A DNA stretch of 64,000 nucleotides from Isosphaeraceae bacterium (GCA_965201075.1 CBDAVP010000007.1:186001-250000), one strand, 5' to 3'; positions 38,688 to 49,240 are shown, numbered from the stretch's first letter. Notes: generated from the letters alone by a model not told the origin. Program-made: numbers and translations.

Positions 38688-40383
38688 TCAACTTGTACCA
38701 GGCGAAGGCCCCCTCGGTCCGGGCGAGCACCCAGGGGCGGCCCGACTCGTCAAGGAAGTCGCGGGGGCTCACGCGAATCAGCTTCGGCGCCCTCCTCTGC
38801 CAGTGCTTGTACTCCTCGGGCAGAAGCAGGACGAACTGGGGTCGAGGCCCCTTTTGTTCGTTGAGGAATCGCTCGTCGGCGATCGGCACGACCGGGTGCC
38901 CGGTAGCGAAGGCCAGCGAGGCGGGCCAGGGGTGCAAGGTGTAGATCGGCCAGCGAGGAGGCACCGACTGACCAATCGCCCGGCCCCAGGGCCCCTGCCC
39001 CATCCGGTAGTTCCATTCCGGGACGTAAACCCCGGCATGAGTCAGTTTCACCGACAGGGCGACCAGGGTCACCGCGCCCAGGACCCATCGCCCGCGTCCC
39101 AGTCTCGCGCCCAGCAGCCCCACCAGTAACGCCACCGAGACCAGCACCACCAAACCAATGCCCATCGGCCGGTAATAGGCTACCGATAAGGCCAGGTACG
39201 TCCCACCGGGCACCATCAATGCCGCCCATCCCAGGACCACGACCAATCCACCCGTCAACACCGACCGGCGCAACGACGGCGACAAGGTGCCGTCCCAGAC
39301 CCGGTCGGCGACGGCCCCCGCGGCCATCGCCAGCCCGGCGAGGATCGGCAAGCGGGCAGGACCAGCAAGCCCGGGGATCAACGTCCCCACAACCGCCGAG
39401 GCCCCGGCCACCTGCAACCAGCCGACAACGAGCTTCCGAGCATCTTCGGACCAGCCCAGGCGGAATGACTTCGACGCCGCCACCAGCGCCAGCGGGGCCC
39501 ACGGCAGCGCCAGGCCGATCACCCCCGGTGCCAGCAGCCATGCGGGTTTCTGCGCCAGAGGCAATGTTAACGCCGTCCCCCAGGCCTCGGGCGAAACGTG
39601 ATACGCCCAGGCCGACCACGCCACGACCGTCAAGGCCGGCGGCAGGGCGAACGACCAGTTCCAGCTGGTGGAACGCCGGGCCAGGACGATCGGCGCCAGG
39701 GCAAGCAACGCTAGCGGAGGCCAGCCGCCTGCCAGGAAGGCCAGTGACGCCCAAAGGCCCGCGCCCCAGCCCGTGCCGCGGGTCAGCATGTGGTTCAAGG
39801 CGGCGACCGTCCCCAGCCCAACGAGCAGATCCGCGGAGCCCGGCGGCGCCAGTGCCGAGGCCAGGACACGGGGGTCCAGACCAAGCAAGTGCCCAAGCAG
39901 GCCCGACACCGCCGAGCCAACGCCCCCGGACGGGTCGATCAGACCCAGGCACCCGAACCACGCGACCGCCGCGAACAGTCCGGCGCGGGGGCCCATCGCC
40001 ACGTCCAACCCGCGGGCCAGCAGAGCGCCCAGGATCGTCGCGGCGACTGCCAAGGGCCAGCGGATCGCCCCCAGCAGCACTCGGCCGCCGTCGGCCCAGG
40101 CCCACAACTTGCCGAACCAGACCGCCGCCGGCCAGATCGCCGGGTCCCAACCGCCGAAGACCAGCCCCAGCGGACCACGCCCCGAGCTGATCGCGAGCCC
40201 GAGGCGAGCCTCCACTTCATTCGGCTCCAGACTCCCGGCGTAGAGCAGGGCAAAGGTGCCCGCGATGACCGCCCAAAGGATCCAGGCCGTTTGCCTGAGC
40301 CAGTCGACTTGCTCCGGCTCGGCGACGTCCGCTCGCAGGCGCCGAATGGTGGTGTTGGGGTGGGTACTCGGTTCAGCGGGCAT
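38665..40383 (-). CDS. ArnT-like (GT-C fold) integral membrane glycosyltransferase, putative
   Basis: Many TM segments; first loop NEVEAR, IRWP, ASLAFLAGGW, LPWAPL. GGAGG precedes ATG 40383, which overlaps the upstream stop. Confidence 0.6.
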   Translation of the reverse strand: MPAEPSTHPNTTIRRLRADVAEPEQVDWLRQTAWILWAVIAGTFALLYAGSLEPNEVEARLGLAISSGRGPLGLVFGGWDPAIWPAAVWFGKLWAWADGGRVLLGAIRWPLAVAATILGALLARGLDVAMGPRAGLFAAVAWFGCLGLIDPSGGVGSAVSGLLGHLLGLDPRVLASALAPPGSADLLVGLGTVAALNHMLTRGTGWGAGLWASLAFLAGGWPPLALLALAPIVLARRSTSWNWSFALPPALTVVAWSAWAYHVSPEAWGTALTLPLAQKPAWLLAPGVIGLALPWAPLALVAASKSFRLGWSEDARKLVVGWLQVAGASAVVGTLIPGLAGPARLPILAGLAMAAGAVADRVWDGTLSPSLRRSVLTGGLVVVLGWAALMVPGGTYLALSVAYYRPMGIGLVVLVSVALLVGLLGARLGRGRWVLGAVTLVALSVKLTHAGVYVPEWNYRMGQGPWGRAIGQSVPPRWPIYTLHPWPASLAFATGHPVVPIADERFLNEQKGPRPQFVLLLPEEYKHWQRRAPKLIRVSPRDFLDESGRPWVLARTEGAFAWYKLIKEPPKD

Positions 40384-40987
40384 GGGGGGTTGCCTCCGGG
40401 GGAGGGGCCGGGGCATCCCGGGCGATCAACGGATAAGAGTCGTCGCGGGGCCGGTCGTCGACCATCCCGAAGACGTAACCGGGCAGCCAGCCGTCTCGGT
40501 ATGACTGCCGTTGCATTTCGGCCGAGACGTCGGCAAGGGTCCAACCGTTTCGCTCGAAACGGTAGAGGGCGACCGACGCCCCGGTGCGGCAGGTGCCCCG
40601 GGCGCAATGGATCAGCACCGGACGACGATCCGGATCGTCGCAGGCGGCCAAGACCTCGCGGAACTGTTCCTTTTTCCCGAAACCATCCCCCGGCATCGGT
40701 AAGTTCACGAATCGCATCCCATGTGACAGGGCAACCTTGCGCTCGGCATCGACCTCGGCCCCGGGGACCTGGAAGTTCACCACCGTCTTGATTCGATAGC
40801 GTCTTGACGCCGCGACAAGTTGGTCGGGGGTGAGCTGGCCGCTACGGTAAAGGACGCCGGCCTGGACCACGTCGAAGTGGTCCCAAACGAGGTGGTTCCG
40901 GCGGGTCTCGACGGTCAGCCAGATGGCGGCCCCCGCCACGGCCGAGACCGCGACGGCGGTCGCGGCCACGGCAAGTCCTTTGCGCAT
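40373..40987 (-). CDS. Membrane-anchored dual-specificity/tyrosine phosphatase family protein
   Basis: N-terminal TM; LYRSGQ, IKTVVN, PVLIHCARGTCRTG (CX5R). Confidence 0.85.
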   Translation of the reverse strand: MRKGLAVAATAVAVSAVAGAAIWLTVETRRNHLVWDHFDVVQAGVLYRSGQLTPDQLVAASRRYRIKTVVNFQVPGAEVDAERKVALSHGMRFVNLPMPGDGFGKKEQFREVLAACDDPDRRPVLIHCARGTCRTGASVALYRFERNGWTLADVSAEMQRQSYRDGWLPGYVFGMVDDRPRDDSYPLIARDAPAPPPEATPHAR

Positions 40988-41803
40988 GGGACGGTCTCGC
41001 CCAGAAGAAGTCGGAGTTCTAGACTCCGCGGGATCGTGACGGCCGGGGGTGCGGATCGACGTGGGGTGGAAGCGGGCCGGCGAGCGGCGGCGAATGGTAG
41101 GCCGCTCCGACCGACAGGTCAAGCCATCTTCTCCTTCGACCAGATCCGACAGGCTAAGCAATCCCAGGTGCCGACGCTGGCTCGCAACCTCCCCTCCGGT
41201 CCGCTCCTTTCCTCGTAACAAAAGCCCAAGGGTTCGGCAGGTTCGAGGTTGTCAAGCAAAGCGAACTTCGTTATAGGTGGGCTCGAATTCGCGGGTCGGT
41301 CGTCGGGGATCGACGCGGGGTTTCGACTTGTAGCTGGGAAGCGACATCCTAGCCCCTGAAATTCTCCCAGCTTCCCCTTGCGTGCAATTTCCCCCAGGAC
41401 GTAAACTCTAATCCTCTCCAGTCGAATCGTCTCAACGGTGCATCGTCTCACTACCCCATGTCGAATTTCGGCAACATCGCCCCAGTGATTGCCACAACCG
41501 GCCAACCTTGCCGTAAAGTTTTTGCTGGGTAATTGCGATGATGGAGCGAGTGAGTTCCGAGAGTACCGGTTAGGGCGAATTTCGTGGTTCGACCAGTCAG
41601 GCGCTTGACCGGAATTTTCAACTCTTGCAAGTATTGCGATCGATGCGAATCATCGGGGCGTCTGGAAACGGGTCCTGCCGTCCCGCACAAAATTCGCAGG
41701 CCGAGGTCTCGCAAGAGGCGAGGCTTCGGTGACCTGATGGACCAGGTCTAGGACCAAGTCGGAAGGCCTCTTCCGAGTTGGCTCCGCCCTAGGAGTGGAT
41801 CTC

Positions 41804-42520
41804 ATGGTCAGGTTTGAACGGTTTGCCTTTGCCCTTCTCCTCACCGCCGGGATCGGCGTCGCCGCGACGCCGGCCCGCGCCGATCTCGTCACCCAGACTC
41901 AGACGATCCAGCCGATCGATCTCGACGCGCCGTTTCCGGCCGTTACGTTCAACAAGTTCGACGAGCAGGGCTCCAAGTACGATCTCGTCTCGGTCCAGAT
42001 CTCCATCACTGGAGAGTCCACCGGCGGGTTCACGATCACCTACGGGGGAGCCGGCCCGACAACTTACATGGGCTTGATCTCCGGGGAGATGATGTTCCAG
42101 GCGCCCGGTCAATCGATCTTCCAGATCCCGCTGGTGGTGACCGAGACCAAGACGATTGATTCTGGATCGTTCACTGCCTCGGGGACCACCGGGAAGGTCA
42201 CGCAGGTGTACAATTATACCAGCGACTCGGAGCTTTCGATGTTCGAAGGGCCGGGGACGTTCAGCATTCCCGTGAGCACCTTCTCGGTCCCCAAGACGGT
42301 CGGGGATACCTCGGGGGCCTTGCTGTTCACCTCCAGCAATGCCAACGGGTCAATCACGCCCAATTTCCAGTCGCAGGGTTCGGCGACGGTGACTTACACC
42401 TATGTCGTGCCGCCGCCGGTCCCTGAACCCGCGAGTGTGGCCTTGATGGGCCTGGGCTTGGCAGGCGTGGGGCTGGCTCGCCGACACCACGCTCGGCGGA
42501 GCCTACGGACGCCGTCTTGA
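41804..42520 (+). CDS. PEP-CTERM protein with choice-of-anchor-E-like domain
   Basis: Signal ending ARA; FNKFD..LVSV; TVTYTY; VPEPASVALMGLGLAGVGLARRHH. Confidence 0.85.
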   Translation: MVRFERFAFALLLTAGIGVAATPARADLVTQTQTIQPIDLDAPFPAVTFNKFDEQGSKYDLVSVQISITGESTGGFTITYGGAGPTTYMGLISGEMMFQAPGQSIFQIPLVVTETKTIDSGSFTASGTTGKVTQVYNYTSDSELSMFEGPGTFSIPVSTFSVPKTVGDTSGALLFTSSNANGSITPNFQSQGSATVTYTYVVPPPVPEPASVALMGLGLAGVGLARRHHARRSLRTPS

Positions 42521-42811
42521 AACCACGTCCGGATGTTCCAGCGTCATCGTCCCTTCCGCCGCCTTGCTTCTTGCCGATGCCCGTTGTCCCCAACCGGGGA
42601 CGCGGGTTCGAGACTCGGAAGATTCTCGCCAACCGCGACTCAAGCCCTCCCGCCCGTCCGTCGATAACGAATCACCAAGCGAACCGCCTCGACCACCGGG
42701 CTCCTCTCAAGGGGTTCGGTGATTGTTGTCGCCGCATTCTGTCCTCTCCGGGTCGCTAAGGCCCTCTTCGACCTGATCGACTCCCACGATTTCGACGCGA
42801 GAGACGCAGCC

Positions 42812-45247
42812 ATGACCATAGCCGAGCTTCTTCCTCTCCGCGCGCGACGCCGCGCCCCGGTCCAATCGAGGCGGTCCGTCCGCCACTCGTCCCGTCGGTC
42901 GATGACTCCACGGGTCGAGTCATTGGAGTCGCTCTGCCTGATGGCGACCGACGTCCTGAATCTGGCCGTCGCTCAACCCGCCATTGCGACGACCAGCCTC
43001 ACCGCCACCACGCCGACCTTCCCTTCCACACCTTCCTCGGTGACAAGTCCCACTAACCTTAACGCCACCGTCAACCTCCCGGGATTTGACACGTCACTGG
43101 GGACCCTGACTTCGGTGACGATCGCCGCGGCCGGCTCGATTAACGGACAGATCAGCTCGAAGAACAACTCGGTGATCCCGGCGACGATTACTGGGTCGTT
43201 TTCCGGCGGCACCGTGTCGTTGTCCACGACGAGTAACCCCAATCTCTCGACCCTGAACCTGGCACCCACGCAGACGACTCAGACGGTCCAGCCCGGGCAG
43301 TCCTTGACATTCAATGTGACCCCCAGCAACACCGGCACGGTCGTCCTGACCGACGCCACCTCGCTGGCCGCCTTCAGTGGCGCCGCGGTGCAGGTGCCGA
43401 TCTTGTTCACCTCGCAGGGCAACGTCACCGTCTCGAGTTCGAGCGGCCTTTCACCGGCCACGGTGACCAACACCGCCACGGCCTCGGTCACCGTCACCTA
43501 CATCTACGAGTTACCGCCGGCCAGCCTCTCCGGGTACGTCTACTACGACGCCAACGACAACGGCCTGCGGGAATCCGGTGATTTCGGCCTGGGAGGCATC
43601 ACCGTCACCCTGACCGGTACCAATGACCTCGGCCCGATCACGCCGATCACCACCACCACCAACTATACCGACGGGTCGTACAGCTTCACCGGCCTGCGTC
43701 CGGGCACCTACACCGTCACCGAGCCGCCCCCCGAGCCGACCGGCTTCCTCCAGGGTTTGAACACCCGCGGCAACGTCACCCCCCTGCCGCTCAACACCGC
43801 CGTCGACCAGATCGACACCATCACCGTCCCCTCCGGCGGCAGCGCCGTCGAGAACGATTTCGGCAAGATCCTGCCGGCCAGCGTCTCGGGCTTCGTCTAT
43901 GTCGACGCGAACAAGGACGGCCTCCGAACTTCCGGCGAAACCGGCCTGGGCGGCATCACCGTTGTCCTGACCGGCACCGACGACACTGGCACAATCACGC
44001 CGATCACGATGACCACCAGCTTTACGGACGGGTCGTACGACTTCACCGGGCTGCGACCCGGGACATACATCGTCACCGAGCCGCCGCCCGAACCAGCCGG
44101 GTACATCCAGGGCCAGAACACCCGAGGCAACATCACCCCCCTGCCCTTCGACTCCACTGTTGACCAGATCACCGCCATCGCCGTCGGCGCCGGCGGCACC
44201 GCCGTCGAGAACGACTTCGGCAAGCTGGTCATCCTGCCCCCGCCGGGCGCCGGCGGTTCGGCCCTCTCTGGCTTTGTTTTCGACGACACCAACAACCCCG
44301 ACGGCATCAAGGAAGTGGGCGAACCGGGCCTGGGCTCGGTGATCGTCACCCTGACCGGCACCGATGAGTTCGGCCGTAGCGTCAGTTCAACCCTGACGAC
44401 CAACACCGACGGCAGCTATTTCTTCGGCGGCCTCTACGGCGGGACCTACACCGTCACCGAGGGAACATCCCCGACGAATTTCCACCACGGCCTGACCTCG
44501 ACCAACAATATCGTGATCCCCAACAGCTTCGGCACCGGGCTGATCCCCAATGTCGCGCTGCCGGATAACGTCACCCTGCCCAACAACAACTTCGCGGAAC
44601 TTCGCGACACCAGCCCGCAGGTGCCGTGCGGACCGCTGTTCGTCACCAACCTCCAGCGTTACGGGGTCCACAACCAGCCAACCGAACTGGTGCTGACCTT
44701 CAACGAGCCCCTGGCCGCCGCCACCGCGACGAACCCGGCCAATTACCAGCTGCGGGCCCTGCGCAACAACGGCACCCCCTTCGGTGCGCCGATCGCCATC
44801 CAATCGATCGTCTATAACTCGACAAACAACACGGTGGTTTTGATCCTGGCGGCCCCGCTCAACGTCCACTACCACTATCAATTGACGGTCAACGGCCTGA
44901 CCGACAACTGCGGAGACGTCTTGCAGGGTAACGGGACGACTCCGGGGACGCCGTACGTCACCACGGTCTCACGAACCGCGCTCGCGGGGTTCCTGAACAA
45001 CCAGGGGCAATTGGTCACGGTCAACAACGGCCAGTTCCCGCCGGGCACCTACAGTCAGGTCCCGGGCGTGAACAAGGGATCGGCGGCCTCGAACGCCGGC
45101 TACCCAGTGCAGGTGGGCGCCCGAGCCGCCGCTGCCGCCGCCAAGGCCGCCGCCGCCAAGGCCCTGGCCATCGCCAAGGCCGCCGCGGCCAAGGCTCACG
45201 CTGTCCAGGTCGCCGCGACCCGAGCCGCCCTGCGTCACAAGGCCTGA
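42812..45247 (+). CDS. Extracellular protein: planctomycete export motif, choice-of-anchor-E-like domain, three SdrD-B/Cna-like repeats, Ig-like domain
   Basis: PRVESLESLCLMA; LPGFDTSLGTLTSVTI; three SG(Y/F)V(Y/F)xD..G..E.GLG..VTLTG..DGSY.F units; LTFNEPL..ATNPANY. Confidence 0.82.
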   Translation: MTIAELLPLRARRRAPVQSRRSVRHSSRRSMTPRVESLESLCLMATDVLNLAVAQPAIATTSLTATTPTFPSTPSSVTSPTNLNATVNLPGFDTSLGTLTSVTIAAAGSINGQISSKNNSVIPATITGSFSGGTVSLSTTSNPNLSTLNLAPTQTTQTVQPGQSLTFNVTPSNTGTVVLTDATSLAAFSGAAVQVPILFTSQGNVTVSSSSGLSPATVTNTATASVTVTYIYELPPASLSGYVYYDANDNGLRESGDFGLGGITVTLTGTNDLGPITPITTTTNYTDGSYSFTGLRPGTYTVTEPPPEPTGFLQGLNTRGNVTPLPLNTAVDQIDTITVPSGGSAVENDFGKILPASVSGFVYVDANKDGLRTSGETGLGGITVVLTGTDDTGTITPITMTTSFTDGSYDFTGLRPGTYIVTEPPPEPAGYIQGQNTRGNITPLPFDSTVDQITAIAVGAGGTAVENDFGKLVILPPPGAGGSALSGFVFDDTNNPDGIKEVGEPGLGSVIVTLTGTDEFGRSVSSTLTTNTDGSYFFGGLYGGTYTVTEGTSPTNFHHGLTSTNNIVIPNSFGTGLIPNVALPDNVTLPNNNFAELRDTSPQVPCGPLFVTNLQRYGVHNQPTELVLTFNEPLAAATATNPANYQLRALRNNGTPFGAPIAIQSIVYNSTNNTVVLILAAPLNVHYHYQLTVNGLTDNCGDVLQGNGTTPGTPYVTTVSRTALAGFLNNQGQLVTVNNGQFPPGTYSQVPGVNKGSAASNAGYPVQVGARAAAAAAKAAAAKALAIAKAAAAKAHAVQVAATRAALRHKA
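43517..44224 (+). repeat. Intragenic tandem duplication, 357-bp period (two SdrD-B repeats)
   Basis: CCGGCCAGC at 43517 and 43874; GA(T/C)TTCGGCAAG ending 43867 and 44224; very similar protein units. Confidence 0.85.
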
Positions 45248-45278
45248 CGCAACAAGGGTACCGACGATACGAAACCGG

Positions 45279-45322
45279 GGCCCGGGTCGATCTTAACGAT
45301 CGACCCGGGCCTCCGCTGTTTT
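45279..45322 (+). terminator. Intrinsic terminator-like hairpin between convergent genes
   Basis: Perfect 14-bp stem GGCCCGGGTCGATC-ttaac-GATCGACCCGGGCC followed by TGTTTT. Confidence 0.75.
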
Positions 45323-45376
45323 GATACTCACCAACCGATTTTAAGGATGGCACAACCGAACCGCGTCGATCGTCGC

Positions 45377-48300
45377 TTAGCGGGAGGACGCTGGCGACGT
45401 CGACCCGGCAGCGAAGTCGACGGGGCGATCGGCAACCAGGGTCGTCACGAGGCTGCCATCCGAGGCGTCGGCGACCCTCAGCAGCAGTCGGCTTTCCCCC
45501 TCGGGCAGATGGACCACCGCGATCCTCGGCGAGCCATCCGCGGAGGGACCATCCAGATCGATCGGCCGCCCATCGAGCCACGCTCGCACCGTTGCCCCGG
45601 TCTCCAGGACCAGCCGAGCCTCCTGGGCGACCGTCGAGTGAACCGGGATGCTGAGGTAAGCCACCTTCAAGGCATCCGAGCCGGTCAATGGGCCGAGGTC
45701 GACCGTCCCGTCCCCATCGGCCGCCAGCCGTCGCCACGAAACCTCTCGTCCATCGGCCCCGGGTAATTTGGCTTCGGGATCAATCGCGACAGCGGGGTCT
45801 ACGGCCGGCAGGTCTCCCTCGACCAACGGCCCAATCACCCGATATTGGCCGACGACGCTGATGGGCTTGCGCAACGAGGCGAGGTAAGCCAGGACGTGGA
45901 CCAACTCGTCATCGGTCATCGCCTGAACCAGCCCCTCGGGCATCAACGAGACGTCGGCGACCTTGCGGTCCTCGACTTCCGAGGGTTTGAGAACCACCCG
46001 CTTGCCGTCGGCCGTCTTCAGGGCGAGGCGATCCGGCGTGTCCTCGACGGCCAACCCCGTGATGACGCGACCGTCGGCCAGCGCGGCCACGACACTGCGA
46101 AAGTTGTAGCCGATCGCGGCGCTTGGGTTCAGGATCGAGCGGAGCAATTCATCCTTGCCCGACTTGACGCCAATCGTCGAAAGGTCGGGACCAATCCGCC
46201 CCCCCTGCCCCTGCACCCGGTGGCACGAGGCACACGACGATTCCCCCGTGCGGAAGAAGACTTCCCGTCCACGAGCGGCGTCCCCCTCCCGGCGGACCAG
46301 CTCGAAGAACGGGGGCAAGGGGCGACCCGACGCGGCCTTGGGCTGTGGTAAGACACTGGCGGCCTCCCGACGAAGATTCGGGTCGCGATGGGTCGCCAGC
46401 AGGTGGGCCGCTTCGGTTTTCAGGTCATCGGCCAGCTTGCCTTCGCGAGCCCCGCGAATCACCTCGGCGGCCCCGCCGTCCTGGAGGACGAAGGCACGCA
46501 GGGCCTCGCGTCGGATGCCCAATGGCATCTCGTGAGCGTCGATAATCCGGCCCAGGAAGCTCTGGTCGGCTCCGAGTTTGGGCAAAGCGCGGACCGCGGC
46601 CTCGGCGACCGGATTCGATTGGTTCGCCATGTGAGCCTCATCGACCAGAGTCTCCAACGTCTCGCGAGAGTGCGGATCGCCCAAGGTGCCCAGGGCCTCG
46701 ACCGCGGCCACTCGGACCTCGGGCGTTGCCTTGGAGTCGCGGGCGTACTGGCGCAAGGTCTCGGCATAACGACCATCGCGGGTCGCCGCCGCCGCCGCGA
46801 TCCCATCAGCCCGGGAGACGGGGTCGGCCAGTGCGTGGTCGATCGCCTCGATAACTCGGGCCTCCCCCCTGGCCGGGTTCCACTCGACGCCGATGCGGCG
46901 GGCCAGAGCCTGGAGAAACGTCCGTCGGCGGAGGGGATCTTCGGCCTTCAAGGCGAGTTCCGCCACGGTCACGGCAGCGCGAGGGTCGAGAATCTGGGTC
47001 ACCGCGTCGTCGGCGGCCTGCTGGACCTCGGGGGATTCGAGCTCGGGAATGATCCTGGCCAGCAAAGGCAGGGACTCGGGACGACGCAACCGCCAGGCGA
47101 GGCCCACGGTTTTGCTCAACGCGGTGGCGGGCAACGGCTCGCTCCCCGTGGGGAGGTACGCCTCGTTGCGGTCGACCGGGAAATAGGGAGGAAGCGCGAC
47201 GTTGGCGGACCGGCCGGAACCGGGCAGGCCGAGGTCTCCAAGGAGGTTGCCATCAAAAAGGCTCGCCAGGAATTCCGGCTCGCGACGCTCCAGGGCCAGG
47301 CCCAGTGCTTCGAGAGACCAGCGGTCCTGGCCATCCCAGTGGCGGGCAAGAACTTTCAGCGTCTCACCGGCCTCGGCGGTCGGAACGTCGCGGAAGGCCA
47401 GGATCAACTCCCGGCGGACGCCCGCGTCAGGGTCGTCGGCCAGGGGACGCAGGGCCTCAAGGTGGGCGACGGCGGCCAGTTTGGCCCGGGTCTCGGGCGT
47501 GTCAAATTCGACGTGGCCGTTGCGGCTGTTGTCCCGGCCCAGAATACGCACCGCTTGCTCTCGGATGCGGGGGTCACGGTCGCTCAATGCCGCCAACGCC
47601 GGTGCCGGCCCCTGAATCGCCGCCAGCGTCCAAAGCGCCCGCGCCCGCATCTCGGGGGTCGGGCCGTGATCCGATGTCGCGACCATCAACTTTTGCAGGG
47701 GTGGAACCGCCTCGTCGCCACGCTCGATCAGACACCGGCGAGCCGCGTCTCTCGCCGCCACGGCCGGAGAGTCGAGCGCATCCCGCAATCCGGGGATCGT
47801 CGCGAAATCGTAGGTGGGCGTCGTCGGCTTCGAGCCCTCGGGGGTGATCCGATAAATGCGCCCGGTCGTCTGGTCGCTGAAGGCATGGCCCCCAACGCCC
47901 GCGTCATACCAGTCGGCCACCAGCAGCGAACCGTCGGGCATCGCGCAAACATCGACCGGGCGGAACCAAGGATCATCGCTGGCGAGTAAAACCTCGTGGA
48001 CCGTGCGGAACGACGCCCCGGCGCGGGTGATCGGGAAGGCGTTGATGACCCGGGGCCCGGCCTCGGCCTCGAAGACGGCGCCCCGGTACTTCGCCGGCAG
48101 GAGGTCTCCCTCGTAGAGAGCGACGCCGCAAGGACTACCGTTGCCGGTACCGACGAGCTTGGGGACGACTCCCGGCACATCCTCGCCCCAGTGGCGGGGG
48201 CTGCCGGGAGTGCGGTAGCCGTAGTGGCCGCCGTCCATTACCCAGATGACCCGAGAACCCTGGTTGCCGTCGTCGTCATTGTCGCTGGTAAACTCGTTGC

Positions 48301-49087
48301 CGAACGAATTTAGGCAGGTCTCATAGTTGTTGCGCTGGCGGTCGGCCAGAATCTCGAAGTGCTTGCCGTCTCGGTCCACCCGCAAGGTATTGGCCAGTTG
48401 GTCGGACCAGACACGACGGCCAGAACGATCCCGGACGTTGAAGTTGCGGGGGCCCACATCCTTGCCGTCCTCGACGGTGCAGCAACCGTCGCCGTGGGTG
48501 AAGTAAAGTTTTCCGTCGGGCCCCAGCGCCGTGCCGTGGACCCCGTGGTCCGAATCGACGCCTCCGAAGCCGGTCAACAAGGCGTAACGCTTGTCGGCCT
48601 TGTCGTCGCCGTCGGTGTCTTCCAGGACCAGGAGGTCGGGACTATTGCCCAGGAAAACGCGGGCCCCCTGATACTTCCCGTCCTTGCCCCAGCGCTCCTC
48701 GACGGCGATCCCCATCGGCACCGGGAAGACGTTGTCGGCGAAGACCGTCATCTTGTCGGCGCGGCCGTCGCCATCGGTGTCCTGGAGGATCTTGATCTTG
48801 TCGGCGTCGGGCTTGCGGGGGAGCTTCACGTTGCGAGTCGGCCGGTAGTTCAGCCCCTCGGCGACCCAGACCCGGCCGCGACTGTCGACGTCGATTCCGG
48901 TGGGGTTGATGACCTGGGGCTCGGCCGCCCAGAGTTTGGTCGAGAACCCCGAGGCCGGTCGAAGTTTGGCCACCGAGTCCTCGGCGCTCAACTGGGCGAG
49001 AGCGTTTTCAGCGGTGGCGAGCCCTAGGGCCGCGAGGGCGAGGAATGACACCCCAGCGCGTCGGAGGCGCAAAGGCAGTTTCGACAT
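45377..49087 (-). CDS. PVC-type beta-propeller/HEAT/heme-binding CxxCH protein
   Basis: Signal peptide; LWAAEP..NPTGIDVD.RGRVWV, DTDGDGRAD, FRPVDV..PDGSLLVADWY; HEAT repeats; CASCH..GPDLS..SLMPEGL. Confidence 0.88.
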   Translation of the reverse strand: MSKLPLRLRRAGVSFLALAALGLATAENALAQLSAEDSVAKLRPASGFSTKLWAAEPQVINPTGIDVDSRGRVWVAEGLNYRPTRNVKLPRKPDADKIKILQDTDGDGRADKMTVFADNVFPVPMGIAVEERWGKDGKYQGARVFLGNSPDLLVLEDTDGDDKADKRYALLTGFGGVDSDHGVHGTALGPDGKLYFTHGDGCCTVEDGKDVGPRNFNVRDRSGRRVWSDQLANTLRVDRDGKHFEILADRQRNNYETCLNSFGNEFTSDNDDDGNQGSRVIWVMDGGHYGYRTPGSPRHWGEDVPGVVPKLVGTGNGSPCGVALYEGDLLPAKYRGAVFEAEAGPRVINAFPITRAGASFRTVHEVLLASDDPWFRPVDVCAMPDGSLLVADWYDAGVGGHAFSDQTTGRIYRITPEGSKPTTPTYDFATIPGLRDALDSPAVAARDAARRCLIERGDEAVPPLQKLMVATSDHGPTPEMRARALWTLAAIQGPAPALAALSDRDPRIREQAVRILGRDNSRNGHVEFDTPETRAKLAAVAHLEALRPLADDPDAGVRRELILAFRDVPTAEAGETLKVLARHWDGQDRWSLEALGLALERREPEFLASLFDGNLLGDLGLPGSGRSANVALPPYFPVDRNEAYLPTGSEPLPATALSKTVGLAWRLRRPESLPLLARIIPELESPEVQQAADDAVTQILDPRAAVTVAELALKAEDPLRRRTFLQALARRIGVEWNPARGEARVIEAIDHALADPVSRADGIAAAAATRDGRYAETLRQYARDSKATPEVRVAAVEALGTLGDPHSRETLETLVDEAHMANQSNPVAEAAVRALPKLGADQSFLGRIIDAHEMPLGIRREALRAFVLQDGGAAEVIRGAREGKLADDLKTEAAHLLATHRDPNLRREAASVLPQPKAASGRPLPPFFELVRREGDAARGREVFFRTGESSCASCHRVQGQGGRIGPDLSTIGVKSGKDELLRSILNPSAAIGYNFRSVVAALADGRVITGLAVEDTPDRLALKTADGKRVVLKPSEVEDRKVADVSLMPEGLVQAMTDDELVHVLAYLASLRKPISVVGQYRVIGPLVEGDLPAVDPAVAIDPEAKLPGADGREVSWRRLAADGDGTVDLGPLTGSDALKVAYLSIPVHSTVAQEARLVLETGATVRAWLDGRPIDLDGPSADGSPRIAVVHLPEGESRLLLRVADASDGSLVTTLVADRPVDFAAGSTSPASSR

Positions 49088-49240
49088 GGACGGCGGCTCC
49101 TGGAGATCCCTCCGAGGCAAACCGGAAGGGGGGACCCGGGCGGTCGCAATAGGAATTGGGGCGACCCGGGATATTCCCGGACCACCCCGAAGTCGACCCA
49201 TTGTGCCGGCCGCCGAGGGCCCGGTCCAGGGAGTGTCGGA

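Noticed and set aside
41655..41800. c-di-GMP-I/II riboswitch upstream of the surface-protein genes
   Set aside because: The consensus elements are not present in the right order; kept only as an unnamed structured-leader candidate.
18646..45311. Similar GC-rich hairpins at 18650, 24918 and 45279 as a REP/MITE family
   Set aside because: They share only short cores and each sits between convergent genes; terminators explain them.
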